Positions 46,508 to 55,865 of a DNA stretch of 64,000 nt are shown piece by piece (position 1 is the stretch's first letter; every line of letters starts with the position of its first letter). Under the pieces are notes generated by a model, which was given only the letters and a program-made list of their open reading frames with translations, was not told the DNA's origin and did not search any database. The translations under genes were made by a program, and so were the position numbers. Location: IMG/VR virus record IMGVR_UViG_3300047319_001872, positions 1 through 64,000 of that record. One strand, written 5' to 3'.

Positions 46508-46954
46508 ATGTCTGCAGATCAAGTCACAGAAGTAGTCGGTCCCGTCGACGCAGACGAGGCCGTACTCGACTATACCCAAGGAATGCGTAAGCAGATCGTC
46601 GGCGTACTCGCTAAGGATCTGCAGAACCTTGCCGACCCCAAGATCGTGGGCACCATCGCCCAAGTGCTCGACGGCATGGACCGCCAGGCGCTCGGTAAGA
46701 TGAAGCTGCGCGTGGAAGAAGCGCAGGTCATGAACCAGGAAGGCATGGCCGCCAACATTGCTGAGATCCTGCGCCAGATGGGCAGCGGCGGGCATAACTT
46801 CCAAGCCGCTGAACCTGTTCCAAGGGAGGTTCCGAAGCTCGGAAGCGATGTACCCGACCCCGTCCTGGTGGAAGGGGAAGTTGCCACTACGCCGGTTCAG
46901 CAAGACTTCGATTCGTTCCACGCTCAGTTTGCGCCCGTTGAAGGCGCAGACTAA
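46508..46954 (+). CDS. conserved acidic hypothetical protein (148 aa)
   Basis: AGGA SD; strong codon bias. Confidence 0.75.
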   Translation: MSADQVTEVVGPVDADEAVLDYTQGMRKQIVGVLAKDLQNLADPKIVGTIAQVLDGMDRQALGKMKLRVEEAQVMNQEGMAANIAEILRQMGSGGHNFQAAEPVPREVPKLGSDVPDPVLVEGEVATTPVQQDFDSFHAQFAPVEGAD

Positions 46955-47034
46955 CGGAAACCCGCTCCAAACCGTGACTGTGCTCCGCACCCACCTCGAC
47001 CGCTCCAGAAGTGGGGTCGAGGGGTGCGGGGCGT

Positions 47035-47763
47035 TTATGCCGGTTCGGAAGGTCGAATTATGCTGAAGTATTCGACATCGATCAAGTTCAGGCCGACGAG
47101 CGACCTTCCCAGGATCTCTACAGCTTGCAGTGGATGGGCTGCGCGCTTAATGACTTGCTGCAACTCTTTGTCGCTTGGCTTATCCGCGAAGAATATCGCT
47201 GGCGCGAATATTGAGACATCTTGGATAGGCGTTGCTTGCTTCGATGTGGGTCCAAAATGCAGACTCATCCAAGGATCGTACTCGTACATCAACAGGCTCG
47301 AATACGACTGCTGTTTAACGTACAGAGGAGAAAGCTCTTGTGGGCGCATATGTACGAGCTCAACCGGTGCGAGCCCTGAAATCCAGGTCGCAATGACCTT
47401 GCCCAACTCAGCTTCTTCTTCGACGCTCAGCACGTAAGGGAACGTATTAATGACGACTTTTGCACTCTCGTGATACGGGCGTACAGTCGCCTGTTCCTTC
47501 AGATAACGCACTAGCGAATTCAGGAGGAACACCGCTTTAGTCGCACGTGAGAACTTTAACGTCTCTACGTCGCGCTTAGAGTACAGGTCACGGTAGACCT
47601 GCATATCCACGCCTGCGAACACGTCGCAGTCGCGTTTATGATAACTCTCGGACAACAATACAGCTTCGGCTACATGGTTGCCCATGCGTGCCAGGGTCCC
47701 GAGCCGTGTATCGAGCAGAGCATCGAGCTCCGCGTATACGACGGCAACCGCTGATTGATCCAT
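47035..47763 (-). CDS. conserved hypothetical protein (242 aa; N-terminal YAELDALLDTR resembles a HAD-like start)
   Basis: ORF track. Confidence 0.72.
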   Translation of the reverse strand: MDQSAVAVVYAELDALLDTRLGTLARMGNHVAEAVLLSESYHKRDCDVFAGVDMQVYRDLYSKRDVETLKFSRATKAVFLLNSLVRYLKEQATVRPYHESAKVVINTFPYVLSVEEEAELGKVIATWISGLAPVELVHMRPQELSPLYVKQQSYSSLLMYEYDPWMSLHFGPTSKQATPIQDVSIFAPAIFFADKPSDKELQQVIKRAAHPLQAVEILGRSLVGLNLIDVEYFSIIRPSEPA

Positions 47764-47830
47764 TCATTCCTGCCAGGCTTATTGTTGTTGACCTGGCGCC
47801 CCGTTAAATATCTGACATCGCCATCGGCCC

Positions 47831-48373
47831 TCAGGCCTCCGGCATTTGGCCGTTGGTCGGTTTGACGAATAGCTTGATCAGCATCGCCACGACGACCCAC
47901 TTATTGGCTCTGAGGTATTTTTTTACAGTCTCAGTCGGTGATAGACGAGCGCTAAGGTCTTTCGACATTAGCACGTAACCTTTATCGTCACCTTCTTCAT
48001 CGGCTGCGCATCCCCAGCTCAATGTATCTATCAGGCCAGTAAATTTTACTTTTCCCTCACCCCAGCGGGCAAAAAAGGTGAACGTCAGCAGCATGATAAA
48101 ATCACGCGTGAACTCGTCGACCATGAAGAGATCATCCACGTGGCTCGGCCCTTCAGGCGAGACCCAGACCCAGGGTTTTTCTTGCACCACGATGTTGTTG
48201 ATAAACATCAGGAGCTTTTCCCTGAGCGCCTCGTCCCGGTATTGCTCCAGCACGGTTTTAATCGCTGCCTCGAAAGCCCCGGCGACGACTTCCATGTCAT
48301 CATTGGTGAATACGTTCGGGTCCGCGACGTCTTTCGGATTGCGCCACGCGCTCTCTGCTTTAAAACCACTCAC
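47831..48373 (-). CDS. conserved hypothetical or virion protein (180 aa)
   Basis: ORF track; GGAG before GTG. Confidence 0.7.
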   Translation of the reverse strand: MSGFKAESAWRNPKDVADPNVFTNDDMEVVAGAFEAAIKTVLEQYRDEALREKLLMFINNIVVQEKPWVWVSPEGPSHVDDLFMVDEFTRDFIMLLTFTFFARWGEGKVKFTGLIDTLSWGCAADEEGDDKGYVLMSKDLSARLSPTETVKKYLRANKWVVVAMLIKLFVKPTNGQMPEA

Positions 48374-48759
48374 TCCAGCACCCCGTTATTCAGTAAAGTA
48401 GTGCAGTCTTTATAGGCTGCTAGAAATTGCTCGAGAAGGGATCGCGCTTGCTCACGACTTGACGTAAAAATCGCGAAGAATAGGACCTTGCCTTCCGGAT
48501 CGTCGTTGAAAGCTTGTTGTACAGCCGGGTTTTCATGACGGTTACAGCGAAGTTTATACAGGTGATCGGCTTTCGCGTGCTCTAGGTCACCTGCTTCGCC
48601 AAAGTACACGGATTCATGCTCCGGAAAGTACAAGGCATAGAGGCCCACAGCTTTACGAAGCTCGGGAAATAAGGGCCCGACTGGCTGCGGCTCCCGAGAG
48701 AGTGCCGAGGCCAGTTCGAGCGTGATCCACTTGTCGACGAAATATGCGTCGATATTCAT
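48370..48759 (-). CDS. GIY-YIG-like endonuclease, possibly degenerate
   Basis: GLYALYF...YFGE...HLYKL...HENPAVQQAF pattern of Seg-type GIY-YIG domains. Confidence 0.65.
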   Translation of the reverse strand: MNIDAYFVDKWITLELASALSREPQPVGPLFPELRKAVGLYALYFPEHESVYFGEAGDLEHAKADHLYKLRCNRHENPAVQQAFNDDPEGKVLFFAIFTSSREQARSLLEQFLAAYKDCTTLLNNGVLE

Positions 48760-48846
48760 TGTTGTTTCGGTGTGACGATGACGCCCCAGCCCGAGTCCTG
48801 CGCTCGTTTCCAAGCGCGGATTTGAGCCATCAGGCGTTTATGCACT

Positions 48847-49095
48847 TCAGACATGATTGCTCCAGACGTGGTGGTCACTCAAGATAATAGCCGCCATCCC
48901 GATCAGACCAATCAGCGCAAGAATCACGCAAATCCAGCCATCTATCGTCGTGAAGCGGGACTCCTCGTCCCAGGGATAGTTCAGATCCGGACGGTTGATA
49001 AAGCCTAGACTCTCATTGGCTCGGCCTTCACGAATCAAGCGCTCACGGCGTTGCTTGGCGAGTAGGTCGTAGCCGATGTCAGTAAAGAGTCCCAC
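48847..49095 (-). CDS. small membrane protein (82 aa)
   Basis: AGGAG SD before GTG; TM segment WICVILALIGLIGMAAIIL. Confidence 0.75.
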   Translation of the reverse strand: MGLFTDIGYDLLAKQRRERLIREGRANESLGFINRPDLNYPWDEESRFTTIDGWICVILALIGLIGMAAIILSDHHVWSNHV

Positions 49096-49104
49096 GATGT
49101 GCTC

Positions 49105-49221
49105 CTAAGACCAGGCCTTTAAGAGCCCGATCAGAATGACTTCAAGGATCAGACAGGCGAGAAACAGATCGTCCCGGTCGCAGGAATCCTCATACCACGG
49201 AGAGTTCGGATCTTCTTCCAT
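49105..49221 (-). CDS. 38-aa membrane peptide MEEDPNSPWYEDSCDRDDLFLACLILEVILIGLLKAWS (not in the ORF track)
   Basis: Read manually; its stop overlaps the SD of the next gene; shares a motif with that gene. Confidence 0.55.
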   Translation of the reverse strand: MEEDPNSPWYEDSCDRDDLFLACLILEVILIGLLKAWS

Positions 49222-49278
49222 TAGGCTGTGGTCCAGTTGGGAAACTTGTCGCTCGTGAGCCGATGGGCAACACCTTGC

Positions 49279-49980
49279 TTAATTAAGCCCAGTGTTACTG
49301 AGATGCATGCAGGTCAGAATGATGGACAGCGTCTGCGTCGACTTCACCTGGGTGCCCAGCTTCTCGATCGACTTGAGCGACACGCCGCCAGTTTTGCTGA
49401 TAGCGGAATTGAGCGCATCAAAGCCTTTCTCATCCCCGCCTCGATACTTAAGCATCTCGGTGAGGTTAGCGTCCAGGTTAAGGGCGGCCATGATCTGGGT
49501 CTCCGGATAGGAGATCTTCGATCCCTTGGACTTCCCGGTCGGCTGGCCTGTGAAATCGTCCACGGACTTAGAGTCTTCAGGAATCGAGATCTTCTTGACC
49601 AGCAACTGCGCTTGACGGCGCAGGGGGAGATCAACCACCAGGTACGGAATCGGTGACAGATACGGTGGAATATCGTTGCCATTGTCGATCCAGATCCTTT
49701 CAAAGAAGTTGTGACCGAGTTCATCAGCCAGCTTCAGGTTCCGTTCGATGTCAAGACGCACGAGCTTCTTGTCACCACCCGTGGGGTGCTCGGCCAAATT
49801 CGGCGCGATCACCGCGAGTCGAATCTCCTGCCGCTCGAGCTTTTCCATCCATACGGCAAACGCCGCGTCGTCCATGCTGGCAAAGAGGTTGCGGTAAATG
49901 TCGGTGTTACCCGACTCGGGGATCAACTTCTCGATCCATTCGTAGATAACCGCTTCAGCAGCTGCTCGGTTTCCTGCCAT
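49279..49980 (-). CDS. virion RNA polymerase beta subunit, C-terminal part (phiKZ gp149-like)
   Basis: SKISYPETQIM...LTEMLKYRGGD corresponds to beta region I (GGQRFGEME...L.EML..KSDD). Confidence 0.82.
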   Translation of the reverse strand: MAGNRAAAEAVIYEWIEKLIPESGNTDIYRNLFASMDDAAFAVWMEKLERQEIRLAVIAPNLAEHPTGGDKKLVRLDIERNLKLADELGHNFFERIWIDNGNDIPPYLSPIPYLVVDLPLRRQAQLLVKKISIPEDSKSVDDFTGQPTGKSKGSKISYPETQIMAALNLDANLTEMLKYRGGDEKGFDALNSAISKTGGVSLKSIEKLGTQVKSTQTLSIILTCMHLSNTGLN

Positions 49981-50546
49981 GATGTTTTCCTAATCCGTTC
50001 AAGCCAGTCCTCGTCCGGTTCCACAAGGTTGATCGTCATCGCGAGCTCGTACTTCTTGCCCTGCTCGATCATGTGTTTCGTGCCTCGTGATTCACCGTCC
50101 CAGAACGTGATGAGATGGGTTGCCACTCGTGCCATTTGAGCGTTACGCACATACCCTGCGCTCCGTCCGAGCCCGTCCCAGTCGGCAGGAAACTCTGCCC
50201 ACGGGAAGCCGTTCTCTTTGCACCAGCGGATAATCATATCATCAGCGCCCTTACTGGCCTTGCCGGAGACAAACACAATCCTGGGTAAGTCAACCAAGTC
50301 CTCTTTCATGAGGCGCAACTCCAACCAGTGGACAAAGTCCTCGTAGCGGTTATAGTTGCGACCCCCGGCGACCACAATGATCGCGTCCCAGATCTCGCGA
50401 GTCAAAAGTTCATGGGGGACTACGAACTCTTGACCCTTAACAATCGGCCATTCGGCGAACAGATTTAGGCGCTCGCGTAGTGCGATTGCGGAATGCTGAA
50501 TTTCATCATGCATGGCAGGACCATCTGTTCGAAGAGGCGCATCCAA
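49923..50546 (-). CDS. SLOG superfamily protein (DUF2493/YspA-like)
   Basis: IVVAGGRNY...VSGKASKGAD...FPADW...G.SAG..RN..MA...FWDGESRGT motifs. Confidence 0.85.
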   Translation of the reverse strand: MDAPLRTDGPAMHDEIQHSAIALRERLNLFAEWPIVKGQEFVVPHELLTREIWDAIIVVAGGRNYNRYEDFVHWLELRLMKEDLVDLPRIVFVSGKASKGADDMIIRWCKENGFPWAEFPADWDGLGRSAGYVRNAQMARVATHLITFWDGESRGTKHMIEQGKKYELAMTINLVEPDEDWLERIRKTSWQETEQLLKRLSTNGSRS

Positions 50547-50824
50547 TCGTCCGCTGTGCCCTGATCGACCAGACAGAAACGAATCTGCGTGGTGTTGGCG
50601 GGGACAGCGCCGACCAGCTGGCGCAGTTGACGGTTGACCAGAAAGCGATGACGCGGGAACTCGATCGTGCTGTAGGCGTCGCTGTGGATGCCTTCGCCGT
50701 AAGTCTGCCAGGCGCTCGGATTCGGGTGGCCGGATTCGGCCAGGCGATTCGTCACGTAGTCGATCAGGTTCGCGTCCAGCTTCGGCGCGGGTGCTTCTTG
50801 GGTTACTTCTGCTACGGTGTTCAT
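50465..50824 (-). CDS. conserved hypothetical protein (119 aa)
   Basis: AGGAG SD; codon bias. Confidence 0.72.
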   Translation of the reverse strand: MNTVAEVTQEAPAPKLDANLIDYVTNRLAESGHPNPSAWQTYGEGIHSDAYSTIEFPRHRFLVNRQLRQLVGAVPANTTQIRFCLVDQGTADDWMRLFEQMVLPCMMKFSIPQSHYASA

Positions 50825-50833
50825 TTGGTGCTC

Positions 50834-51124
50834 CTACGCGCGCGGGTGAATCCCGCGGCTGGTTTCTCTGGGATAGGTCGAGCCATCGGCCCGGCCACGA
50901 TATTCAAAACGACCGTCCTCGAACTCCGACTGGCAGCGCACGCAAATGCGTCCGTCCGCCATGCGGTACGCGTAAGCAGGCTCGCGCGTGTTTTCGAGCA
51001 CGTACTCCGTGGGCAGTCCGGCGACCACGTACATCCCGCCAGACTTGACATGTTCGACGACGTCGTTGATCATGAATTTGCAGGGTGACACGACGGCGAC
51101 TTCTTCTTGTTTATTTGCGCTCAT
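50834..51124 (-). CDS. small SH3-like protein (DUF1653-like)
   Basis: VEHVKSGGMYVV...EPAYAY...VR..SEF..RFE pattern. Confidence 0.6.
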   Translation of the reverse strand: MSANKQEEVAVVSPCKFMINDVVEHVKSGGMYVVAGLPTEYVLENTREPAYAYRMADGRICVRCQSEFEDGRFEYRGRADGSTYPRETSRGIHPRA

Positions 51125-51275
51125 GCTTGTTCAATTCCTTAAAGCCGTTGTAGGTTTCGACGAATTCCTTCTGGCAGCAATCGCACCGGCGTTTGATGAG
51201 GACCAGATCGGTCCAGACATCCCACTTGACCCGGTGCTTACAGAGCAGCTGCTTAAACTTCAGCCGCCAGTTCAT
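51111..51275 (-). CDS. small Cys-rich protein (MNWRLKFKQLLCKH...CDCC)
   Basis: TAATG coupling to the UvsX stop; possible zinc ribbon. Confidence 0.6.
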   Translation of the reverse strand: MNWRLKFKQLLCKHRVKWDVWTDLVLIKRRCDCCQKEFVETYNGFKELNKHERK

Positions 51276-52705
51276 TACGCTGCTGCCTTCAGGGCATCCA
51301 CGCCGACCGGATACCAGTACGGATGGTACAGACCCTTGCGCATGCGCAAGAGATCCATGGTCGAGAGGAAAGGCAGCGGATGATCTTCGTCCGTGGTCCA
51401 CCAGCCGCGCGTATTGAGCAGCAGGTCCCAGTCGTAACCCTTGGCCTTGAGATCCGTGTAGAGCTCTTCAGGCGTGCACATCAGATCATCCAGGTGATGC
51501 CACATGTACGACATCTGGCACATCTCGGAAGTGATGTTTAAGGCGCGGCGCAGCTTCGCGTCTTCATCGATCTTGCTACGCACGGTAGTGCGACCCAGTT
51601 TGCACTCTGGATAGAGGGCAAGCGCGTAGTTGATCTTGCTACCCACGAGCCCGTAGTAGTCCTGTTCGCGGATGTGATGGAACTCGGTGAGCGAGGGCAA
51701 CACGCCTTCGGTTTGTGAGACGATCAAAGTGATCGCCATGCCCGACGGACCCGACTTGGAGCGCAGGTTGCGCAACTGGACTGTGTTCAGGTCCGTATCG
51801 AGCTTGACCTTGTCATCGGAATCGCGCGGATACTCCGGCCCGTTCTTGTCCGCCGCCATCAAAGGCGAGGCGTTATAAGCGTGCCAGCAGTTGTGCGTGA
51901 TGAAGGTGAACTTGTCGGTCGTGCCCTTGATCTTGTCGCCGTTTTTCAGGTGCTTGAGTTTGACGATCGGGACCGAACCGGCGGGACCCGCATTTTGCAT
52001 CGTCGACTCTTTGCCGATGTGCGCGGTCATCAGCGAGTAGTTATTCGCCTGACCGTTCAGACGCGGCGCTTCCATCAGCAAGCGCAGCTTAGCGAGACCC
52101 TGACGCATGTGAATCGTGTTACCGCCCGACTCACCCAGATCGTTCTTATCCTGCATGTCCATCACGTCCGAGGTTTCGAATTCCGTGAAGGAGTCGATCT
52201 CATTGAACGTGGGGATGATCATGCGCAGCGGACCCGAGCGATCGCGATTCCAAAATGGCGTATCCACCGACCACTTGCCGATGTTCTTGGCTTTCTCTTC
52301 CAGGAACTCCCGTTGCTTGGCGTACCAGTCGTCGCCCGTGTGCATGGTCTTGTCGGTGATGATCCAGCGTCCCGTTTGCAGGACGTCTTCTTCGTGCAGG
52401 CCTTCGACTCGACGGATCATTTCCATCAAGTGCCATTCCTGAATGTTGACTTCTGTGTCGTAGGTGGAGGCCGAAGCCTGACGAAAACGCGACATCGCGG
52501 TGAGCATCTGGTAGTGCATCACCGTGGACTTGAAGTTGTTACCAATCCCCACGACGCCGGTGAGCGTAGCCAGGCCGCCGTTAAGGATGTGCTCACCCTT
52601 GCGCCCTTCGATATAAGTGCCGGTGGGAATGTCCATCAGTGCACCGATGTTAATCATCAGTTTCACGTTGGGCGCAGCGTTGATTTTAGGTTGAAGAAAT
52701 TCCAT
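51275..52705 (-). CDS. uvsX: UvsX/RecA-like recombinase (phiKZ gp152-like)
   Basis: Start moved to the ATG at 52705; P-loop GIGNNFKST; IDSFTE Walker B-like motif. Confidence 0.82.
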   Translation of the reverse strand: MEFLQPKINAAPNVKLMINIGALMDIPTGTYIEGRKGEHILNGGLATLTGVVGIGNNFKSTVMHYQMLTAMSRFRQASASTYDTEVNIQEWHLMEMIRRVEGLHEEDVLQTGRWIITDKTMHTGDDWYAKQREFLEEKAKNIGKWSVDTPFWNRDRSGPLRMIIPTFNEIDSFTEFETSDVMDMQDKNDLGESGGNTIHMRQGLAKLRLLMEAPRLNGQANNYSLMTAHIGKESTMQNAGPAGSVPIVKLKHLKNGDKIKGTTDKFTFITHNCWHAYNASPLMAADKNGPEYPRDSDDKVKLDTDLNTVQLRNLRSKSGPSGMAITLIVSQTEGVLPSLTEFHHIREQDYYGLVGSKINYALALYPECKLGRTTVRSKIDEDAKLRRALNITSEMCQMSYMWHHLDDLMCTPEELYTDLKAKGYDWDLLLNTRGWWTTDEDHPLPFLSTMDLLRMRKGLYHPYWYPVGVDALKAAA

Positions 52706-52846
52706 GTGCTTTGCTTTGGTCTTAAATGGAGAATGACGAAACACAGCCGTACAAATAATGGCGGTAGCCGGTGAAAAATACCACACAGCTATAACCGCCA
52801 CGCGCATGTTATGGCTTACAAACTTACCCCAGTCAGAAGGACACCT

Positions 52847-53674
52847 ATGGACTCGCTTCAAACTCTGCGTCACCATCGTGACGTTGTGGCGCTGGAGACT
52901 TTCAGCGTCCAGGCACTCGATGTCACCGGGATGCTCAAAAGCATGTTTCCCGACATCAAGAAACACTTCCTCGATTTCACGCAACGCTTTTCGGGCGCCG
53001 ACAAGCCGGTGCCGCTTTCGCGCCATCAGGCGAGCTTCATGAAGTTGCTGGAGCGTCACAACTTCGTCGACATCAGCCCGCTGACCGTCTACTGCCCCGA
53101 GGGCATGAAGAGCAACTACCTGGAACTCGCCGCAGCACTGAAGCGCGGCGCCGAGCATTCGGCCAAGGTGATGAACCTGCTCAATACGTACACCACGTAT
53201 TTGGCGCTCTTGATCACCAACGAGTATCAGCGCTTCTCGACGGAAAATTCGGCGAAGGTCTACCAGGGCCTGCAAGAAGAACGCGACGCTCTCTTGAAAG
53301 ACATCGGTGCCTGCTTCACTCCGGGTCGCCACGACACGACCATGAAGTACGGTGACGCCGTCGCCCGTAACAAGGACTGGGAACTCGTCTTCGGTGAAGT
53401 CGACACGCTCTCCAAGCTGAGCAACAGCGTCTCGCGCGAGAAGCTCAATGCGAAGGTGAAGGAAGCTACCCAGTACATGGAAAAGATCGTCCAGATGCTC
53501 AAGGACGGCAAGATGGAAAGCACGGCGTACGAAGTGGCGCAAGAGCTCTCTGACGGTGCCTACCAGATCGCCTGTGAGCTCGAGTTCTTCTCGACGATGT
53601 ACTTCCGCGTGATGGCGTTTAACACGAGCATCAACGAATCGGTCGACAAGATTACCGATAACCTGAAGTCGTAA
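52847..53674 (+). CDS. virion structural protein (syntenic with phiKZ gp153)
   Basis: AAGGA SD; ALE motif near the N-terminus; strong codon bias. Confidence 0.72.
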   Translation: MDSLQTLRHHRDVVALETFSVQALDVTGMLKSMFPDIKKHFLDFTQRFSGADKPVPLSRHQASFMKLLERHNFVDISPLTVYCPEGMKSNYLELAAALKRGAEHSAKVMNLLNTYTTYLALLITNEYQRFSTENSAKVYQGLQEERDALLKDIGACFTPGRHDTTMKYGDAVARNKDWELVFGEVDTLSKLSNSVSREKLNAKVKEATQYMEKIVQMLKDGKMESTAYEVAQELSDGAYQIACELEFFSTMYFRVMAFNTSINESVDKITDNLKS

Positions 53675-53689
53675 GCCCTGTTGCCAGAC

Positions 53690-53745
53690 CGGCATAAACC
53701 CACTAACCCGCCCGTATTACTGGGGAGGTTAGTGGGAATATGACC
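53690..53745. terminator. bidirectional hairpin element at a convergent junction
   Basis: CGGCATA, CCCACTAACC/GGTTAGTGGG stem, then TATGACC. Confidence 0.65.
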
Positions 53746-53754
53746 GCGGTTGCA

Positions 53755-54168
53755 CTAGCCCAACACTTCGGACTTATGACGGAACAACTTCTGCAGATCC
53801 GCATCGACCTCACCTTCACGACCGTAACGCAACCACGCTGGGATGCAGGCCTTGATCTGTTGTACGAGGTCACCGATGGTGGATTCAGGAAGAGGACCTC
53901 CCTTGGATAGCAACGCTATGGCATCGACCGAAGTCTTGCCGTCCCAGATGGCTTTGGAAAGCGACGCGGGCAAACCCATCGCCTTTTCCTCACCAGCCAG
54001 GTCCATGAGATTGTTGAGCTTACGAATCGTCTGAACATCCAAGCTGCGCGTTTCCTTCGCCTGGGCGACGATCGACGTCACCAAGATTAGTCGCTTCATC
54101 CGTCCAGGCAATGACGATTCGAGGACCCCCGCCGCCGCAGATTTCAGACTTGCCGTTAACCGTAACAT
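53755..54168 (-). CDS. conserved hypothetical protein (MLRLTASLK...)
   Basis: ORF track; ATG at 54168. Confidence 0.65.
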   Translation of the reverse strand: MLRLTASLKSAAAGVLESSLPGRMKRLILVTSIVAQAKETRSLDVQTIRKLNNLMDLAGEEKAMGLPASLSKAIWDGKTSVDAIALLSKGGPLPESTIGDLVQQIKACIPAWLRYGREGEVDADLQKLFRHKSEVLG

Positions 54169-54224
54169 GGATAAAACTCCAATATGGGCCACCACTGACG
54201 GTAATAAGCAGCAGCCCATCGAGG

Positions 54225-55865
54225 TTAGTGAGATTGCGGTGTCACAATCCGCACGTTGCTGTATACACCCGCCCAGATCCCCAAATCCTCCTCGGTTTCA
54301 ACTACCGTGGCGTAACGGAAAATGTGCGGGGCCTCCAGCCAGGTAATTAAACTGACTTTCGGGTGAGAATTCTCCAGGCGCTTCAGAGCGTTCCGATCGA
54401 GGAGGTCAATGCCAAGCGTCAGGGTCACCGACGCAGAGCCGATACCTTCATCGGTCTTATACTTAGCATCAACATCCATGGCCGCAAACCCGACATTGTA
54501 TTTCGGATTTAGCGTGCAGATGTCGACCGTCTCTTTCTTGACGACCTTTTGACTCTTCTCATACAGAATATCGGTCAGATCCGTGACAACAATCTCGGGG
54601 TCCTTCGCCAGATACTGGTTGAGCTTGTGCATCAGGAGCTCAATGGACTCCACCGCGCGCATTGCAAGGTGCGGCGGTTGGTGCTCGCGCGTGATCGGTT
54701 CCTTCTGCTTGTCCTTGTCAAGACTGTGCAAATCGAAGGTGTCCAGCCGCCGCGGATTGTCCTGCACCATCACCAGCGGGCCGTGCTGCGAGAGCTTCTT
54801 GTGAATGTCCGGGCGGTAGATGAAGTCCAGCCGCGCCGAGGCGAGTGCCATGACGTTATCGGCCAGCGTGCTCTGATGACCGCGTACCAGTTCCAACACC
54901 GGGTCGGGGGTCTTCAGTTTGACAATCGCATACGCGCCATCGCTGATACGTTTGCCCGGATGCTCTTCCTCACGACCGTTACTGAGATAGTACTCGCCCG
55001 CGCGGAAGTAATCCGTGCAGGTGTTAAAGTACATGCGGGGCATCGAGATAAACGGATGCTTTTCCGTGTCGTACTTCCAGTAACCGTCGGCCGGGGACGT
55101 GTCAATCGACGCATAGGTGGTCGCGACCGGTCCGTCCGGATCGAAGCTCCAGGACTTGCCGAACATGGCCCGTTGGGAGAGCATCACGCCGATGGTGGCG
55201 GCCTGATCAGCCGTCTCGTTGCCCAGATGGTCGTTATGACCCTTGACCCAGTCAAAGCGCACCATCACGCCCCGATTCGTCAAGATGTCGCGAGCGCTTA
55301 CGAGCTTCTTCCAGTACTCAGCATTCTTCACAACCATGCCGTCGGACTTGATCCAGTTGTTGCGAATCCAGGTCGGCACGTAATCCATCAGACCGTTGCA
55401 GACGTACTTCGAATCGCAATGGACCTGCACAATCTTCACGTCGTACTGCGCGGCGTGTTCCAGTGCTTGGGTCGCGGCCACCAGCTCAGCGATGTTGTTG
55501 GTGATCGCGGCACTGAAAGAACCATACCCGTCGATGTAGGCGATCGGGGTGACTTCCATGTGCTTACGACGGGCAAGCGGATTGCTCAACCATTCCTGGA
55601 AATCAGCGAGCGTCCAGTCATGATTGGTCTGCTTGTTGTACTCCACCTTGGTCACATAACCCGCAGCAGTCACGATGTGGTCCGGATTGCCCGAACCTTT
55701 CTTCGGCTTAGCAGCCGCGTACAGATAGCCATGAATGCCCCAGCCACCAGGGCCAGGGTTCGGGCGGCAGCCTCCGTCGGTGTGATACACTACACCTTGC
55801 GGGGCATCGAGTAGCGCCGGTTGGCCTTTAGCAGGCTCAGCACCGACTTCTTCTACGCTTGACAT
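54225..55865 (-). CDS. rnhA: ribonuclease HI with a long C-terminal region (phiKZ gp155-like)
   Basis: YHTDGGCRPNPGPGGWG, TNNIAELVA, HCDSKYV and WVKGH...GNETAD motifs; AAAGGA SD before the ATG at 55865. Confidence 0.9.
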   Translation of the reverse strand: MSSVEEVGAEPAKGQPALLDAPQGVVYHTDGGCRPNPGPGGWGIHGYLYAAAKPKKGSGNPDHIVTAAGYVTKVEYNKQTNHDWTLADFQEWLSNPLARRKHMEVTPIAYIDGYGSFSAAITNNIAELVAATQALEHAAQYDVKIVQVHCDSKYVCNGLMDYVPTWIRNNWIKSDGMVVKNAEYWKKLVSARDILTNRGVMVRFDWVKGHNDHLGNETADQAATIGVMLSQRAMFGKSWSFDPDGPVATTYASIDTSPADGYWKYDTEKHPFISMPRMYFNTCTDYFRAGEYYLSNGREEEHPGKRISDGAYAIVKLKTPDPVLELVRGHQSTLADNVMALASARLDFIYRPDIHKKLSQHGPLVMVQDNPRRLDTFDLHSLDKDKQKEPITREHQPPHLAMRAVESIELLMHKLNQYLAKDPEIVVTDLTDILYEKSQKVVKKETVDICTLNPKYNVGFAAMDVDAKYKTDEGIGSASVTLTLGIDLLDRNALKRLENSHPKVSLITWLEAPHIFRYATVVETEEDLGIWAGVYSNVRIVTPQSH

